Source of the DNA: Candidatus Moraniibacteriota bacterium
GTDB taxonomy: Bacteria > Patescibacteriota > Minisyncoccia > Moranbacterales > UBA11712
Direction: 5' to 3'
Assembly: GCA_028716005.1 (NCBI GenBank)
Contig: JAQUQQ010000001.1
Coordinates: 1-61,799, forward strand
DNA: 61,799 bases
Every line of letters begins with the position of its first letter. The stretch's first letter is position 1. The position numbers and the translations under genes were made by a program. Under the pieces are notes generated by a model. It was not told the DNA's origin. It saw only the letters and a program-made list of their open reading frames with translations, and ran no database searches. Of the stretch, positions 24,480-34,872 are shown piece by piece.

Positions 24480-25931
24480 TCACGCCATCGGTTCATATTC
24501 CCGCATTTCCGGCCCCTTTCGGCTGATGAGACTCAAGACTTCGTGGGTGCTGACCGCCCGGAAAATCCAGAGAAACACGAAATAAAGAGCCACGCCCGCC
24601 GCCGCCCGCACCAAAAAATTGAGATCCGAAAAAATATAAAAAAATACTCCCATCATAATCCCCGAAAACGAAATGGCGAAGAATTTTTCAAAAGAAGGGA
24701 TGTATTTCAGCAACCTCCAGCAGGCCGCTCCGGAAAGAATAGCGACCAAAAATTCCGTGAGGCTCGACGTCACCGCCGCGCCCCGATAGGAAAACCGCGG
24801 AATGAGAATCAGGTTCAGGGAGATATTGAAAACAGCGCAAAAAAGCAAAATGGCAATCAATTTTTTTTGCTGATTTCCGGCGATTATCACGTTCGTGAAA
24901 AAATTCCCGAAAAATATAAAGGCCATGGCAAAAGCCAATATCTTGAGGACCAGCACCGAATCTTCGTATCCCGCCCCGCCAATGAGACCGATGATGTTTT
25001 TGGCGAAAAAAACGGAACCGACCACCAGCGGCACGGCAATGATCAGAAAAACTTTGAATGTTTTGTCAGCCACTTTTTCAAACTTCTGGCGCTCGTGGAA
25101 AATATAGCGGGACATTATCGGCATCACCAGCCCCACAAACATCGCCGGAAAAAAAGCTATGTTCTCAACCACTTTATAGGCCGCGTTATAGATTCCCACA
25201 TCGGCGTTTGTTTTGAGGATCGAAAGAAGAATCGTGTCCAGCTTGAAATAGGCGAAAACAATGACCGCCGAAATTCCCACCGGGTATGATTCTTTCAAAA
25301 ATTTCTTCCAGGCTTGCCAGTCGAAACGAAGAGAAAAGGAAATGTATCTTTTCGAAAAAAGATAAACGACGGCAAAGCTTGCCAACATGTTGAAAAGAAG
25401 CGAGCTTATGATCGCCAAAAACCCAAAATTGCTTTTGACCGCCAGCACCACTATGATGAGCTGAACGATTTTTCCGACAAATTCCCCAATAGCCACTTTA
25501 TCCATCGCCAGCCTTTTTTGGAAAAGGCCGATCAAAACCGAATATCCCGAAGCGAAAAAATAGGCCGAGGCGGCAATCACCACCCCAACCTTCACGCCCC
25601 CTGAATAGGGAAAGAAAAAGATAAAAAGAGGGGAAACAAGAAGAATAAAAAGGGAAACCGCCAATCGGATGGCGAAAACATTCCCGAGAATATTCTTTTC
25701 GTCGCTTCCCGGCCTTGATATTTCCCGCGTTGAAATAGCATAAAGCCCCAAATCAGCAACAGCCGAAAAGAAAGCGAAAAAGGCCAAGACCGTGGAATAA
25801 TCCCCAAAGCCTTCCTTCCCCAGATAGCGGGTGATGAACCCAATGCTGATAAGCGCCAAAACAGTGCCAAGGATTTTGGCCGCTGAAGTGAAAACAGCAT
25901 TATACGCGATGCGACGGGGAAGAGAAGACAT
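24480..25931 (-). CDS. MOP/Wzx-family polysaccharide flippase
   Basis: 483 aa, about 12-14 TM segments. N-terminal ..NAVFTSAAKILGTVLALISIGFITRYLGKEGFGDY.. is typical of the polysaccharide biosynthesis protein family. Confidence 0.7.
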   Translation of the reverse strand: MSSLPRRIAYNAVFTSAAKILGTVLALISIGFITRYLGKEGFGDYSTVLAFFAFFSAVADLGLYAISTREISRPGSDEKNILGNVFAIRLAVSLFILLVSPLFIFFFPYSGGVKVGVVIAASAYFFASGYSVLIGLFQKRLAMDKVAIGEFVGKIVQLIIVVLAVKSNFGFLAIISSLLFNMLASFAVVYLFSKRYISFSLRFDWQAWKKFLKESYPVGISAVIVFAYFKLDTILLSILKTNADVGIYNAAYKVVENIAFFPAMFVGLVMPIMSRYIFHERQKFEKVADKTFKVFLIIAVPLVVGSVFFAKNIIGLIGGAGYEDSVLVLKILAFAMAFIFFGNFFTNVIIAGNQQKKLIAILLFCAVFNISLNLILIPRFSYRGAAVTSSLTEFLVAILSGAACWRLLKYIPSFEKFFAISFSGIMMGVFFYIFSDLNFLVRAAAGVALYFVFLWIFRAVSTHEVLSLISRKGPEMREYEPMA

Positions 25932-26093
25932 AAAAATTTCTAATACCTAATGTCTAATTTCCAATAAAGCCAAAATGTCTAATACAAAAGTTTCGAAATT
26001 AGACATTCAATCATCCTAAATTTTTTTGGGTATCAGAAATTGGATATTGGATATTTGTGAAATATGCTGAATTTTCATACTGCCTGCCGACGT

Positions 26094-26582
26094 TTATTCA
26101 CTTTCGATATTTCCGACTGGCTTGATCACAACTTTCCTTTCTTCTCCTTCTCCGATGCTTTCTGTTTGCACCTGGTCATTCTCCGCCAGCGCCAAATGGA
26201 CAATTCTCCGTTCATAGGCGGTCATCGGCCGCAAAACCGCCGGGCGCTTGTCGTTTATGGCTCGCCGGGCCATATTTCTTGCCAGATCTTCAAGGGTTCC
26301 GATTTTGCTTTTGTTATAATCATTGACATCCACCGAAAATTTCAGTTTTTCCTCGGTTTTTTTTCGGGCCATAGCCCGAAGAATATGCTGGAGAGCCCGC
26401 AGATTTATCCCATATTGGCCGATGAGAAGATCCGACTCGCGGGAGCTGATGTTGAAAATGATATTTTCTCCATCCGGCCCGTCTTCTTCCCGAAAGCCCA
26501 TCGTGAAATCGGAAAAAGTCATTTTCTCGAGAGTCTCTTTTATGATATTTTTGAGCATTTCCACGTTTTCCGGTTTCATCAT
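26094..26582 (-). CDS. jag: Jag-like KH/R3H RNA-binding protein
   Basis: 162 aa. R3H-type ..RPMTAYERRIVHLAL... Located immediately downstream of yidC, as in many bacteria. Confidence 0.7.
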   Translation of the reverse strand: MMKPENVEMLKNIIKETLEKMTFSDFTMGFREEDGPDGENIIFNISSRESDLLIGQYGINLRALQHILRAMARKKTEEKLKFSVDVNDYNKSKIGTLEDLARNMARRAINDKRPAVLRPMTAYERRIVHLALAENDQVQTESIGEGEERKVVIKPVGNIESE

Positions 26583-26595
26583 ATTTTTTCGAAAT

Positions 26596-27318
26596 CTACT
26601 TGTTATCGCTGGCTGCCAGCTCCGGTTTTTTCATCGTCAAATACTGCTGAACTATCGCGAAGAGGGTATTCACCACCCAGTAAAGAGCCAGCCCCGCCGG
26701 AAATTTCATTCCGATGAAAAGCGTCAGCAGCGGCCCGAGATAAAGCATCTGCTTGGTCATAATCGAAGAAAAATCGTCTTTTTTCACCGGGGCGGGGTTT
26801 TTGGTCATCATCATTTTCGTTTGGACAAACTGTCCGGCCGCGGCGATGACCGCGAGGACGACATTGGGTTTCGCGAGATCCAGCAATCCAAAAAATTTCA
26901 CATTGATGCTGCTCGGGCAAGTCACGAAGCCATAGAGGTCGCTGCAAGCCGAATTGAAGTTTATTCCGGCGATAAACGCCCGGTAGAGAGCGATGAAAAA
27001 AACTATTTGAACGACCAGAGGCAGGCAGCCGGAGGCGGGATTCACCTTTTTTTCCTTATAAAACTCCATCAGAGCCCGCCCCTGTTTTTCTTTATCGCCT
27101 TTGTATTTGTCTTGAAGCTTTTTTATCTCCGGCTGAAGATCCTGAAGTTTCTTTTGGGATTCTATCTGCTTTTTTGAAATAGGATAGAGAATAAGGCGGA
27201 CAATCACGGTCAGCAGAATAATCGCCACGCCCAAATCATGGCCCGGAATGATATTATACAGCAAAATCAGCGCGTTATAGATCGGCTGATACACGAAAGA
27301 ATGAAAAATTTGGCTCAT
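26596..27318 (-). CDS. yidC: YidC/Oxa1-family membrane protein insertase
   Basis: 240 aa. ..LGVAIILLTVIVRLILYPISKKQ.., ..NPASGCLPLVVQIVFFIALY.., and conserved rnpA-yidC synteny. Confidence 0.85.
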   Translation of the reverse strand: MSQIFHSFVYQPIYNALILLYNIIPGHDLGVAIILLTVIVRLILYPISKKQIESQKKLQDLQPEIKKLQDKYKGDKEKQGRALMEFYKEKKVNPASGCLPLVVQIVFFIALYRAFIAGINFNSACSDLYGFVTCPSSINVKFFGLLDLAKPNVVLAVIAAAGQFVQTKMMMTKNPAPVKKDDFSSIMTKQMLYLGPLLTLFIGMKFPAGLALYWVVNTLFAIVQQYLTMKKPELAASDNK

Positions 27319-27662
27319 TCGATTAGTTTTGCCCGCATAAGCAGATCTTTTGTTTTCTCTTCGATAAGTGGGTAGCTTATCTGCTCGTATGGAAATTTAG
27401 AATTTATCAAAAATATAATCTGATGGCCTGTTCTTATTTTTCTCAAAAGAAGTTTTGTCGCTTCCCGGAGCCATCTCTTTACCCCGTTTCTTTCTGTCGC
27501 CTTTTTGGAGAGCTTGATCCCGACTGAAAAACCAATCTTGAGCTCACCGCCCCCAGCTTTTTCATATTTCATTATCAAAACTTCATTAGACACCGTTTTC
27601 CCCCGGCGAAAAACCTCATTGAAGTCTTTCTTGTTTTTCAATCTGAATTGGACTGGCAGCAT
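27315..27662 (-). CDS. rnpA: ribonuclease P protein component
   Basis: 115 aa. FRLKNKKDFNEVFRRGK.. Sits between rpmH and yidC. Confidence 0.8.
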   Translation of the reverse strand: MLPVQFRLKNKKDFNEVFRRGKTVSNEVLIMKYEKAGGGELKIGFSVGIKLSKKATERNGVKRWLREATKLLLRKIRTGHQIIFLINSKFPYEQISYPLIEEKTKDLLMRAKLIE

Positions 27663-27665
27663 TTC

Positions 27666-27800
27666 TTAAACGCTTAGTTTTTTGCGGCCTTTTCTGCGCC
27701 TCCGCGCCAAAACCGCCCGACCGTTTTTGGTCCGCATTCTTTTTTGGAAACCGTGCCTTCTCACTCTTTTTCTCTTTTTCGGCTGATATGTTCTTTTCAT
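27666..27800 (-). CDS. rpmH: 50S ribosomal protein L34
   Basis: Not in the ORF track because it is under 60 aa. Hand translation of the reverse strand gives [44 protein letters not shown]. Confidence 0.9.
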   Translation of the reverse strand: MKRTYQPKKRKRVRRHGFQKRMRTKNGRAVLARRRRKGRKKLSV

Positions 27801-27920
27801 CTTTGTTGCCTATTTAGTCTCTTATTAGCTTCTGAAAGTTTACCAGCAAAAACCGCTTTGGTCAACGTATCTGGAAAGTTCCTTGATTTTTTCGTTTCCC
27901 TCCGCTACCATTTCAACAGG

Positions 27921-27968
27921 TTATCAACATAATTATCAACACATACCCCGTTTCCCATATTATCCTTG
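27921..27968. promoter_or_regulatory. DnaA-box cluster upstream of dnaA
   Basis: TTATCAACA at 27921-27929 and 27933-27941, and TTATCCTTG at 27960-27968. These are 1-2 mismatches from TTATCCACA. Confidence 0.55.
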
Positions 27969-27999
27969 TGCTATAATTAGAGAACTCAATTTCCAAACA

Positions 28000-29394
28000 A
28001 TGACAAACAACGAAATTTGGCAAGCGGTTCTAGGAGAAGTCGAGCTGGCTATTTCACCCGCCAGCTTTACTACTTGGTTTCGGAATACTTCCATAATCGA
28101 GTTTGAAAACGACGCGGTGATCGTGAGCGTTCCCAACGGATTTGCCAAAGAATGGCTGGAAAACAAATACAATCAGTTCATATTGAAAGCAATCAAAAAC
28201 TTTCAGGACAACACGCGGAAAGTCCGCTGCATTGTTTCAACGAAGAACGCCCAAAGAGCGTCTCTCGCACCCAAAAAAGACGTCGATTCTGTCCTTTCGG
28301 GGGGAGGAGAAAGCCTGATCGACCTTCGCGATGCGGAAACCCCCGCCCAGCGGGCAGAAGGAGGGCACATCGGCCTCAACTATCGCTATACCTTTGAAAA
28401 TTTCATCGTCGGCTCAAACAACGAACTGGCCCATGCGGCCTGCCTCGCCGTCTCAAAAAATTCCGGCCGGACATACAATCCTCTTTTCATTTATGGGGGT
28501 GTCGGGCTTGGAAAAACCCACCTTCTTCAGTCAGTCGCCAACTCGATCCTCGCCCAAGATCCCAAAAAAAGGATTATCTATTCAACCGCTGAATTTTTCA
28601 CCAATCGCTATATTGATATGGTGAAAAACCAGCAGGCCCGGGAATTCAAACAATCATACCTCGACACTGACCTTCTTATTATAGACGACATCCAATTTAT
28701 CGCCGGAAAAGAGAAAACCCAGGAGGAGTTTTTCCATATTTTCAATACCCTTTACCAGCTCGAGAAGCAAATTATTCTATCGAGCGACCGGCCGCCAAAA
28801 GCCATCGCCACGCTCGAAGACCGCCTCCGCTCCCGCTTCGAAGGAGGAATGATCGCCGATGTATCGCGGCCGGACCTCGAGACCAGAATCGCCATTTTGC
28901 AGCACAAAGCCGCCCAAAAAGACTTTGAAATTGAAAATGACGCCTTGAATTACATCGCCTCCAATATCCAAAACAATATTCGGGAGCTAGAAGGCGCCTT
29001 GAGCCGCATCATCGTTACCTGCGAGCTTAAAAATGCCGAGCCCACGTTGAATTATGTGAAAAAAACCCTCTCTGACATCATTCACTCCGGCAGAAAAAAG
29101 GGGACTGGGTTCAAGCAGGTTCTTGAAGCCGTGGCTGATTTTTACGACATCAATCAGCAAGAACTCGTGAACCGGTCGAGGAGAAAGGACATCGTAAAGC
29201 CCCGGCAAGTTGCCATGTATCTCATGCGTGAAGAACTTCGCGCTTCTTTTCCGGGGATTGGCGAGCAATTGGGCGGGAGAGACCACTCAACAGCTATGCA
29301 CGCTTATGAAAAAATCAGTCGGGAAATCGAGCAGGACGAGGTTCTAGAGCAGGAACTCCAAAACATCAAGGGAAAGATGTATAGCAACAACTGA
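28000..29394 (+). CDS. dnaA: chromosomal replication initiator protein DnaA
   Basis: Start taken at [15 protein letters not shown] (ATG 28000). Walker [17 protein letters not shown], and C-terminal ..[13 protein letters not shown]... Confidence 0.95.
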   Translation: MTNNEIWQAVLGEVELAISPASFTTWFRNTSIIEFENDAVIVSVPNGFAKEWLENKYNQFILKAIKNFQDNTRKVRCIVSTKNAQRASLAPKKDVDSVLSGGGESLIDLRDAETPAQRAEGGHIGLNYRYTFENFIVGSNNELAHAACLAVSKNSGRTYNPLFIYGGVGLGKTHLLQSVANSILAQDPKKRIIYSTAEFFTNRYIDMVKNQQAREFKQSYLDTDLLIIDDIQFIAGKEKTQEEFFHIFNTLYQLEKQIILSSDRPPKAIATLEDRLRSRFEGGMIADVSRPDLETRIAILQHKAAQKDFEIENDALNYIASNIQNNIRELEGALSRIIVTCELKNAEPTLNYVKKTLSDIIHSGRKKGTGFKQVLEAVADFYDINQQELVNRSRRKDIVKPRQVAMYLMREELRASFPGIGEQLGGRDHSTAMHAYEKISREIEQDEVLEQELQNIKGKMYSNN

Positions 29395-29676
29395 ATTTCA
29401 CCAAAAAATGGGGATAAGGTGTGGAAAAGCCTCCTTTTTATCCTCATTGCGCCGATATTTTAGTGGAAAAAACAACTAATAAGTCCAGGAAAAATCGCCG
29501 AAGACTAAATACGCCGAAAATACACCCAACTTATACCCATTTATCAACACCCCTGTCAACTTTTTTTGCAAGTGAAATTACCCTTATTTAAGCCCAAAAA
29601 AAGACTTAACCCCACAATACACCGCCCTATATAATAAATAACTATCTAATATTATAACTATTTATACTTAAATATT
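29395..29676. other. candidate oriC (DnaA boxes plus AT-rich unwinding region) between dnaA and dnaN
   Basis: Boxes: TGTGGAAAA 29420-29428, TTATCCTCA 29438-29446, AGTGGAAAA 29462-29470, TTATACCCA 29531-29539, TTATCAACA 29541-29549. Very AT-rich stretch at 29625-29676. Confidence 0.6.
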
Positions 29677-30828
29677 ATGAAACTTCAGGCCTTATCAGAA
29701 AATTTTAAAAGGGGCATACTGATCGCCGAAAAAATAATAGGGAAAAACCTGACTCTGCCAATTCTCTCGAATATTCTGCTCGAGGCGGAAAAAAGCCGGC
29801 TGAAAGTTTCAGCAACAAATTTGGAGATAGGGGTGGTTTGTTCCCTCCGGGCAAAAATTGAAAAGGAGGGGAAACTCGCTGTTCCGGGCAGAATTGCGGG
29901 GAGCTATTTGAGCAATATTCCGGACGGCTCAAAAATGAGTATCGAAGCTAAAAATCAAACACTTTATTTGACGAGTGAAGGCAGCCGAGCGGTTATAAAG
30001 GGGGTTGATGCTAAAGATTTTCCAATTATGCCCAAGCCCCAATCTGAATATTTATTTGAAATTGATGGCCCTGCTTTTCAAGATAAAGCCGTCAAAGTGC
30101 TTACCTGCGCGGCCGCTTCAGAGACAAGACAGGAGCTCACCGGAATTTATTTTGGTTTTGAAAAAGATAGCCTTATCCTTGCGGCGACGGACAGTTTTCG
30201 TCTGGCGGAGGCTCGAATAAAGCTCGGGAAAAATGACGTAGGGACAAGTTACCCGAAATTTATTTCAAAAAATTCCGCTATTATTGTTCCAGCCAGAACT
30301 CTCCAGGAAGTGGCAAGGAGTATCGGCAACGAGAGCGGCCGGGTAAAAGTTTATATCGGTGAAAGCCAGATTTTTTTCGAGATTGACGAAATCATGTTTG
30401 TTTCGCGGCTTATTGACGGAAAATACCCGGAATACAAACAGGTGATACCGAAAGAATTTTCTTCAGGCGTTTTTGTCGGCCGGGAGGATTTGGCCAAAGC
30501 GGTTCGGACGGCCAGTATTTTTTCAGACAGCAAAAGTCGAGAAGTGAAGCTTCTTATAAAAGAAGGCGGTGGCAAAATGAAGATTGAATCCCAGTCGGTT
30601 GAGACGGGAGAAAATATTGCTGAAATTCCTTGCCAAAGCAAAACCAAGGGAGAAAATATTATCGCTTTCAACAATCGCTATCTGGTGGATGCCCTTAACT
30701 CTTTCTCAAGCGAAACAGTTTATATAGGTTTTAACGACAGCTTTGGGCCGGTGGTTTTTCGGGAAGTCCAGGAAAAAGAAAAACTTATTGAAGATTATCT
30801 TCATATCGTGATGCCAATTCGGAACTAG
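29677..30828 (+). CDS. dnaN: DNA polymerase III beta sliding clamp
   Basis: 383 aa. Immediately follows dnaA/oriC. ..ILSNILLEA....L.VSATNLEIG.., ..LAATDSFRLAE.. and a C-terminal ..MPIRN tail are typical. Confidence 0.9.
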   Translation: MKLQALSENFKRGILIAEKIIGKNLTLPILSNILLEAEKSRLKVSATNLEIGVVCSLRAKIEKEGKLAVPGRIAGSYLSNIPDGSKMSIEAKNQTLYLTSEGSRAVIKGVDAKDFPIMPKPQSEYLFEIDGPAFQDKAVKVLTCAAASETRQELTGIYFGFEKDSLILAATDSFRLAEARIKLGKNDVGTSYPKFISKNSAIIVPARTLQEVARSIGNESGRVKVYIGESQIFFEIDEIMFVSRLIDGKYPEYKQVIPKEFSSGVFVGREDLAKAVRTASIFSDSKSREVKLLIKEGGGKMKIESQSVETGENIAEIPCQSKTKGENIIAFNNRYLVDALNSFSSETVYIGFNDSFGPVVFREVQEKEKLIEDYLHIVMPIRN

Positions 30829-30871
30829 CGCAAAGCTCGGCCTTGAGGAATCGCGAGCTTTTGAAAAGAAA

Positions 30872-31159
30872 ATGAAACAAATTGCCGATTTATTGGGAGA
30901 AAGAAAGGCTTTTAGCAATCACGTGCGGGAAGCCGACGAAAAATCCGTCGAAAGCATTTTTTTCAGCGCTCTCAAGAAAAATTTACCGAATATTGCGCGG
31001 GCGGATATTACGAATTTTGTTTTAAGGGATAAAAAAATATATCTGCGGACGACCCATCCGGCGATAGCCGGCGAGATCTGGAGAAAGAGAGAAAGACTGA
31101 AAAACGAAATCAACGATTTTTTTGGCGGCGAAGACATCAAAGAAATAAAAGTAAAATAA
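30872..31159 (+). CDS. DUF721/DciA-like protein
   Basis: 95 aa. ..FVLRDKKIYLRTTHPAIAGEIWRKRERLKNEIN.. matches the DUF721 pattern. Position after dnaN is conserved. Confidence 0.5.
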   Translation: MKQIADLLGERKAFSNHVREADEKSVESIFFSALKKNLPNIARADITNFVLRDKKIYLRTTHPAIAGEIWRKRERLKNEINDFFGGEDIKEIKVK

Positions 31160-31161
31160 AA

Positions 31162-31187
31162 CCCCGACATAACGTCGGGGTTTTTTT
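31162..31187. terminator. bidirectional rho-independent terminator
   Basis: Stem ccccgac (31162-31168) / gtcgggg (31174-31180), 5-nt loop, T7 run at 31181-31187, A-rich tract on the other side. Lies between convergent genes. Confidence 0.8.
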
Positions 31188-31196
31188 GAAACAATA

Positions 31197-33455
31197 TTAC
31201 TGGCAGTCTCCAATATCACCTTTGATATCAAGTTTTTCCTTCTCGGCCCATTTTTGGACACCCTTTTCCCAGGCATCAAATTGGGGATCTTTCTGGGGCT
31301 GTTTCGGGGTGTCACCACGGGGGTTGTCTTTGTCCACCCAATAAAGGATATCATGGGCGCTAAACAGTTTCTTTTTCTTTTCGTCTGTGCCGTCGGGGCA
31401 ACTATCGCCGGTCGGAACGCAATATTTATTTTTTTTGATTTTGCAGACCTTCACATCTTTTTCTTCTCCGTTTATCGTTCCGTCGAGAACGGGTTTCCCG
31501 GTTTTTTCGTCTTTGGCTTGAGGGAAGCTCTCAACGGCCATATTGGAAAACGCCTTGTCCATAAACTCCCGCCAGATTGGCGCGGCGACGAACACGCCGT
31601 CAGCTCCCTGCGCCATCGGAGCGTTGTTGTTGTTTCCCGCCCAGACGCCAGCCACGAGGTTCGGCGCGTATCCCACCGTCCAAGCGTCCCGCCATTCATT
31701 GGTGGTCCCGGTTTTCACGGCTACCGGCCGGCTGTCGAAGCGGAGAGGGCTGTTCGACCCGAAAACTGAAGAGCGCAGGCTGTTGTCGGAAAGAATGGAA
31801 TCAATCTTGGCGCAAACATCCTGGTCGAGCACTTTTTCGCCGGCCGAATTTTTATACTCATCCAAAACGTTTCCTCGAGAATCAGTGATTTTGAGAATAG
31901 CTGTTTTGTCATGCCGAAACCCTCCCGTGGCGAAAGTTCCGAACGCGTTTACGTGGTCAACGAGTTTCACCTCGCCGCCGCCGAGAACCAGAGCCAGGCC
32001 GTAGCGGCTGGGATTTTGGAGGGTCGTGATTCCCATGGATTGAGCCGTATTGATCGAATTTTGCACGCCGGCAAGATAGAGGGTTTTCACGGCCGGAATA
32101 TTCAAAGATCTCGCGAGCGCCTCTTTCATTTTCACCGGTCCGCTGAATTTGTTGGAATAGTTTTGGGGTGTGTAGGGCTGGTCCTTTGTTCCGAAATTTG
32201 TCTCAACGTCAAAGAGGACTGTGTTTGGAGTATAACCTTTTTTGAAAGCCGTCGCGTAGACATACGGCTTGAAACTTGATCCTGGCTGACGGTCGCGAAT
32301 AGCCACATTCACGTTCCCGTCGATGGTTTTGTCAAAATAATCGCGAGAACCAACCATGGCGAGAATTTGTCCGGTCTTTGGATCGATGGCAACAAGGGCC
32401 GCGTTTGAGGCTCTGTATTTAGCGTTTGCCGCGGCTCCTTTTTTCACGGCCTCATCCGCGATTTGCTGCTTGTCCCAGTCAAGAGTGGTATAGACTTTCA
32501 TGCCTCCTTCTTCAACTTGCTGCTCGCCGTATTTGTTCACCAGAAGATCCTTCACATACATCACGAAATGGGGCGCTTGGATATTTTCTTGAAAAGGCCT
32601 GACTTCCGAGATTATATCAACTCCTTTGGCCGCGTCGGCTTCTTCTTTGGTGATATAGCCGAGCTTTGTCATTTGATCCAAAACATATTCCTGCCGGCCC
32701 TTGAGATCATCCGTGTTTGTGCCGTAGGGGGAATAATAGGTCGGGGCCTTGGGAAGAGAAGCGAGAAGCGCAGCTTCGGCGAGAGTCAAATTTTTGGCGT
32801 CTTTTCCAAAAAAAGTTTGGGCGGCAGCCTGGACCCCGTAGGCGTTGGAGCCGTAGGGGATCTCGTTGAGATACATTTCAAGAATTTCGTCTTTCGTGAA
32901 TCTTTGTTCAAGTTCGACGGCGAGGATCACCTCTTTTACTTTTCTGGTGAGGGTCTGCTCCGGAGTCAGCACCGTGTTTTTGATGAGCTGCTGGGTGATG
33001 GTCGAGCCTCCCTGGCTGACGTGGCGGCCAATAAGATCATAAACCGCGGCCCGGGCAATGGATTTGAAATAAATTCCGTGGTGCTGGTAGAAACTCTGGT
33101 CCTCGGCGGAAAGAGTGGCGGCCTTGATGACTTCGCCCATGTCTTTTATGGGAATCGTGGTGCGTTTTTCCTCGCCATGGATTTCATAGAGCAGGTGATC
33201 GCCCGTGCGGTCGTATATTTTGGTCGATTCAACCACCTGCCGCTTGTTGAGTTTTCCGGGGCTGGGGAGGTCTTTCGCGTAATAGGCAAAAACGCCGATA
33301 GCCAAAAGCAGCCCGGCGACAAAGCACCAAACAAAAAATTTGAAAATCCGCCGGAGCCATTTTCTCTTCTTTTTTGGCTTTTTCAAGGCGTTTTTCGTAT
33401 TATCGACGAGATCGTTTTTCATGCTTGCTTGCCCCGTGCCACAAAAAATAGACAT
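31197..33455 (-). CDS. class A penicillin-binding protein (PBP1A: transglycosylase + transpeptidase)
   Basis: GT51 motifs EDQSFYQHHG, GGSTITQQL and RKVKE. Transpeptidase motifs SSFKP, SLN and KTGTT. The start may instead be the internal MKNDL. Confidence 0.9.
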   Translation of the reverse strand: MSIFCGTGQASMKNDLVDNTKNALKKPKKKRKWLRRIFKFFVWCFVAGLLLAIGVFAYYAKDLPSPGKLNKRQVVESTKIYDRTGDHLLYEIHGEEKRTTIPIKDMGEVIKAATLSAEDQSFYQHHGIYFKSIARAAVYDLIGRHVSQGGSTITQQLIKNTVLTPEQTLTRKVKEVILAVELEQRFTKDEILEMYLNEIPYGSNAYGVQAAAQTFFGKDAKNLTLAEAALLASLPKAPTYYSPYGTNTDDLKGRQEYVLDQMTKLGYITKEEADAAKGVDIISEVRPFQENIQAPHFVMYVKDLLVNKYGEQQVEEGGMKVYTTLDWDKQQIADEAVKKGAAANAKYRASNAALVAIDPKTGQILAMVGSRDYFDKTIDGNVNVAIRDRQPGSSFKPYVYATAFKKGYTPNTVLFDVETNFGTKDQPYTPQNYSNKFSGPVKMKEALARSLNIPAVKTLYLAGVQNSINTAQSMGITTLQNPSRYGLALVLGGGEVKLVDHVNAFGTFATGGFRHDKTAILKITDSRGNVLDEYKNSAGEKVLDQDVCAKIDSILSDNSLRSSVFGSNSPLRFDSRPVAVKTGTTNEWRDAWTVGYAPNLVAGVWAGNNNNAPMAQGADGVFVAAPIWREFMDKAFSNMAVESFPQAKDEKTGKPVLDGTINGEEKDVKVCKIKKNKYCVPTGDSCPDGTDEKKKKLFSAHDILYWVDKDNPRGDTPKQPQKDPQFDAWEKGVQKWAEKEKLDIKGDIGDCQ

Positions 33456-33534
33456 TGATTGGGGTATGGGGTTTATTACGAAGTTGGCAAGTTTATATTT
33501 TCCGCTATTTTTCCACTGATGTCAATATGATACA

Positions 33535-34872
33535 CTATTTTTCCAAATTCTCTAAATCCCCATCATTTATACCAAGTTGTTCCAGCACCCACAGGTGCCG
33601 GGGATTCGTTGGGTCATATTTGCCTATCGAAAATTTTATTTCTGCGCCTGGCTTTTCTTTTAATAATCGCCACACACCTATATTCCCTTCCCTATAAACC
33701 ATATCCCTCGAAAGGCAAGCGCCTGGAGTTTTGCAGGTCGTTCCTCGAAAAATTCTAACGCAATCAGCCCAAGCATCATTTTTTGCGGTTTCGAGCGCGC
33801 TAGGCTTTTCTTTTTTGGATCTTATAAAATAATAGTCCTTTAAAATTTCAAATACCCGGCGAAAATCTCTCTTTTTTCCATCGACTCCTCGAGCCAAGGA
33901 AATGGCAAAATGGTAGTCTAATCCGCGAAAGCTCTTTGCTCCCTTTATTTTTTGCTCCCGATAGGTGGCAATCCCCTCCTCGCCTTTCAGTGACCTATCA
34001 AGCCCCAAAGCAAGCAGTTTGAGCTTTGAGCGTTCTCCTTTTTCTCTTTGCAAGACATGCGTTCTAAGCTCATGCTCCATCAGCGCCAGTAAGTCTGAGT
34101 GCTTTAGTTTTCTTATTGAAGGTATGTTTACGACTCTCTTCTGCTGACTGACACTAAGATTGGCAATTTTGCCTTCTCTTTCAACAACCACTCTCCATCC
34201 AGCTATCTGAAGTTTTTGCAAATACTCCTCGAAAGCAGACTTTATTTTTTCGGCCGAATAAACTTTTTCATCCCCGAATGATTTTATCTCAGGCAGATTA
34301 AATTCCTCAGGTCTTATCGAATTTTCATTATTCATCAAAACCTCAAACAATTCTGCATTGAGTCGTTTTGCCGCAGAAGAAATCTCCCGATCAGGATCAA
34401 ATATTTTCTGGTCGATGACTGCTTTAATTTGATAAATTGTGTGTTGATAAAATTCATTATCTGGTTTTCCATAAATAAAGGTTGAATATCTTGCGAATCT
34501 TCGGTCATCACCATTGCGTGCGGCTTTTAGCATACGCAATACAGCCAGCTGCTCGTTGACGCGAGTGCGGTAAGATTCTCTAACTGGCAGGTTCTTCTCC
34601 TGGGAAAGAATATCTCTTTTGAGAAGCAAGAGCCTTTGCTCCTTCTGATCAAAGCCGAAGTTTTCCAAGTCAGGTAAATCGAGGGACGGGTTTTCTATTT
34701 CTCCCGAGAGAAATTTATTTTTTTGCTCACTGCGGATTTCTTTCTTTCCGGATAAATATTCAAAATCCATAAAAGCCCCGACACTTTTGAATCTTTTATA
34801 CCAAAGGTCATCGAAAGCGCCTGGAACATTTTCCGGTTTATTCCGATGATCTGAAACTTCAAGCTTGTTCAT
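33535..34872 (-). CDS. DUF1704/MATCAP-like metallocarboxypeptidase family protein
   Basis: 445 aa. MEHELRTHVLQREKG (HExxH), followed by ..GLDRSLKGEEGIATYREQ.. (QEGLA-like motif). Confidence 0.65.
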   Translation of the reverse strand: MNKLEVSDHRNKPENVPGAFDDLWYKRFKSVGAFMDFEYLSGKKEIRSEQKNKFLSGEIENPSLDLPDLENFGFDQKEQRLLLLKRDILSQEKNLPVRESYRTRVNEQLAVLRMLKAARNGDDRRFARYSTFIYGKPDNEFYQHTIYQIKAVIDQKIFDPDREISSAAKRLNAELFEVLMNNENSIRPEEFNLPEIKSFGDEKVYSAEKIKSAFEEYLQKLQIAGWRVVVEREGKIANLSVSQQKRVVNIPSIRKLKHSDLLALMEHELRTHVLQREKGERSKLKLLALGLDRSLKGEEGIATYREQKIKGAKSFRGLDYHFAISLARGVDGKKRDFRRVFEILKDYYFIRSKKEKPSALETAKNDAWADCVRIFRGTTCKTPGACLSRDMVYREGNIGVWRLLKEKPGAEIKFSIGKYDPTNPRHLWVLEQLGINDGDLENLEK

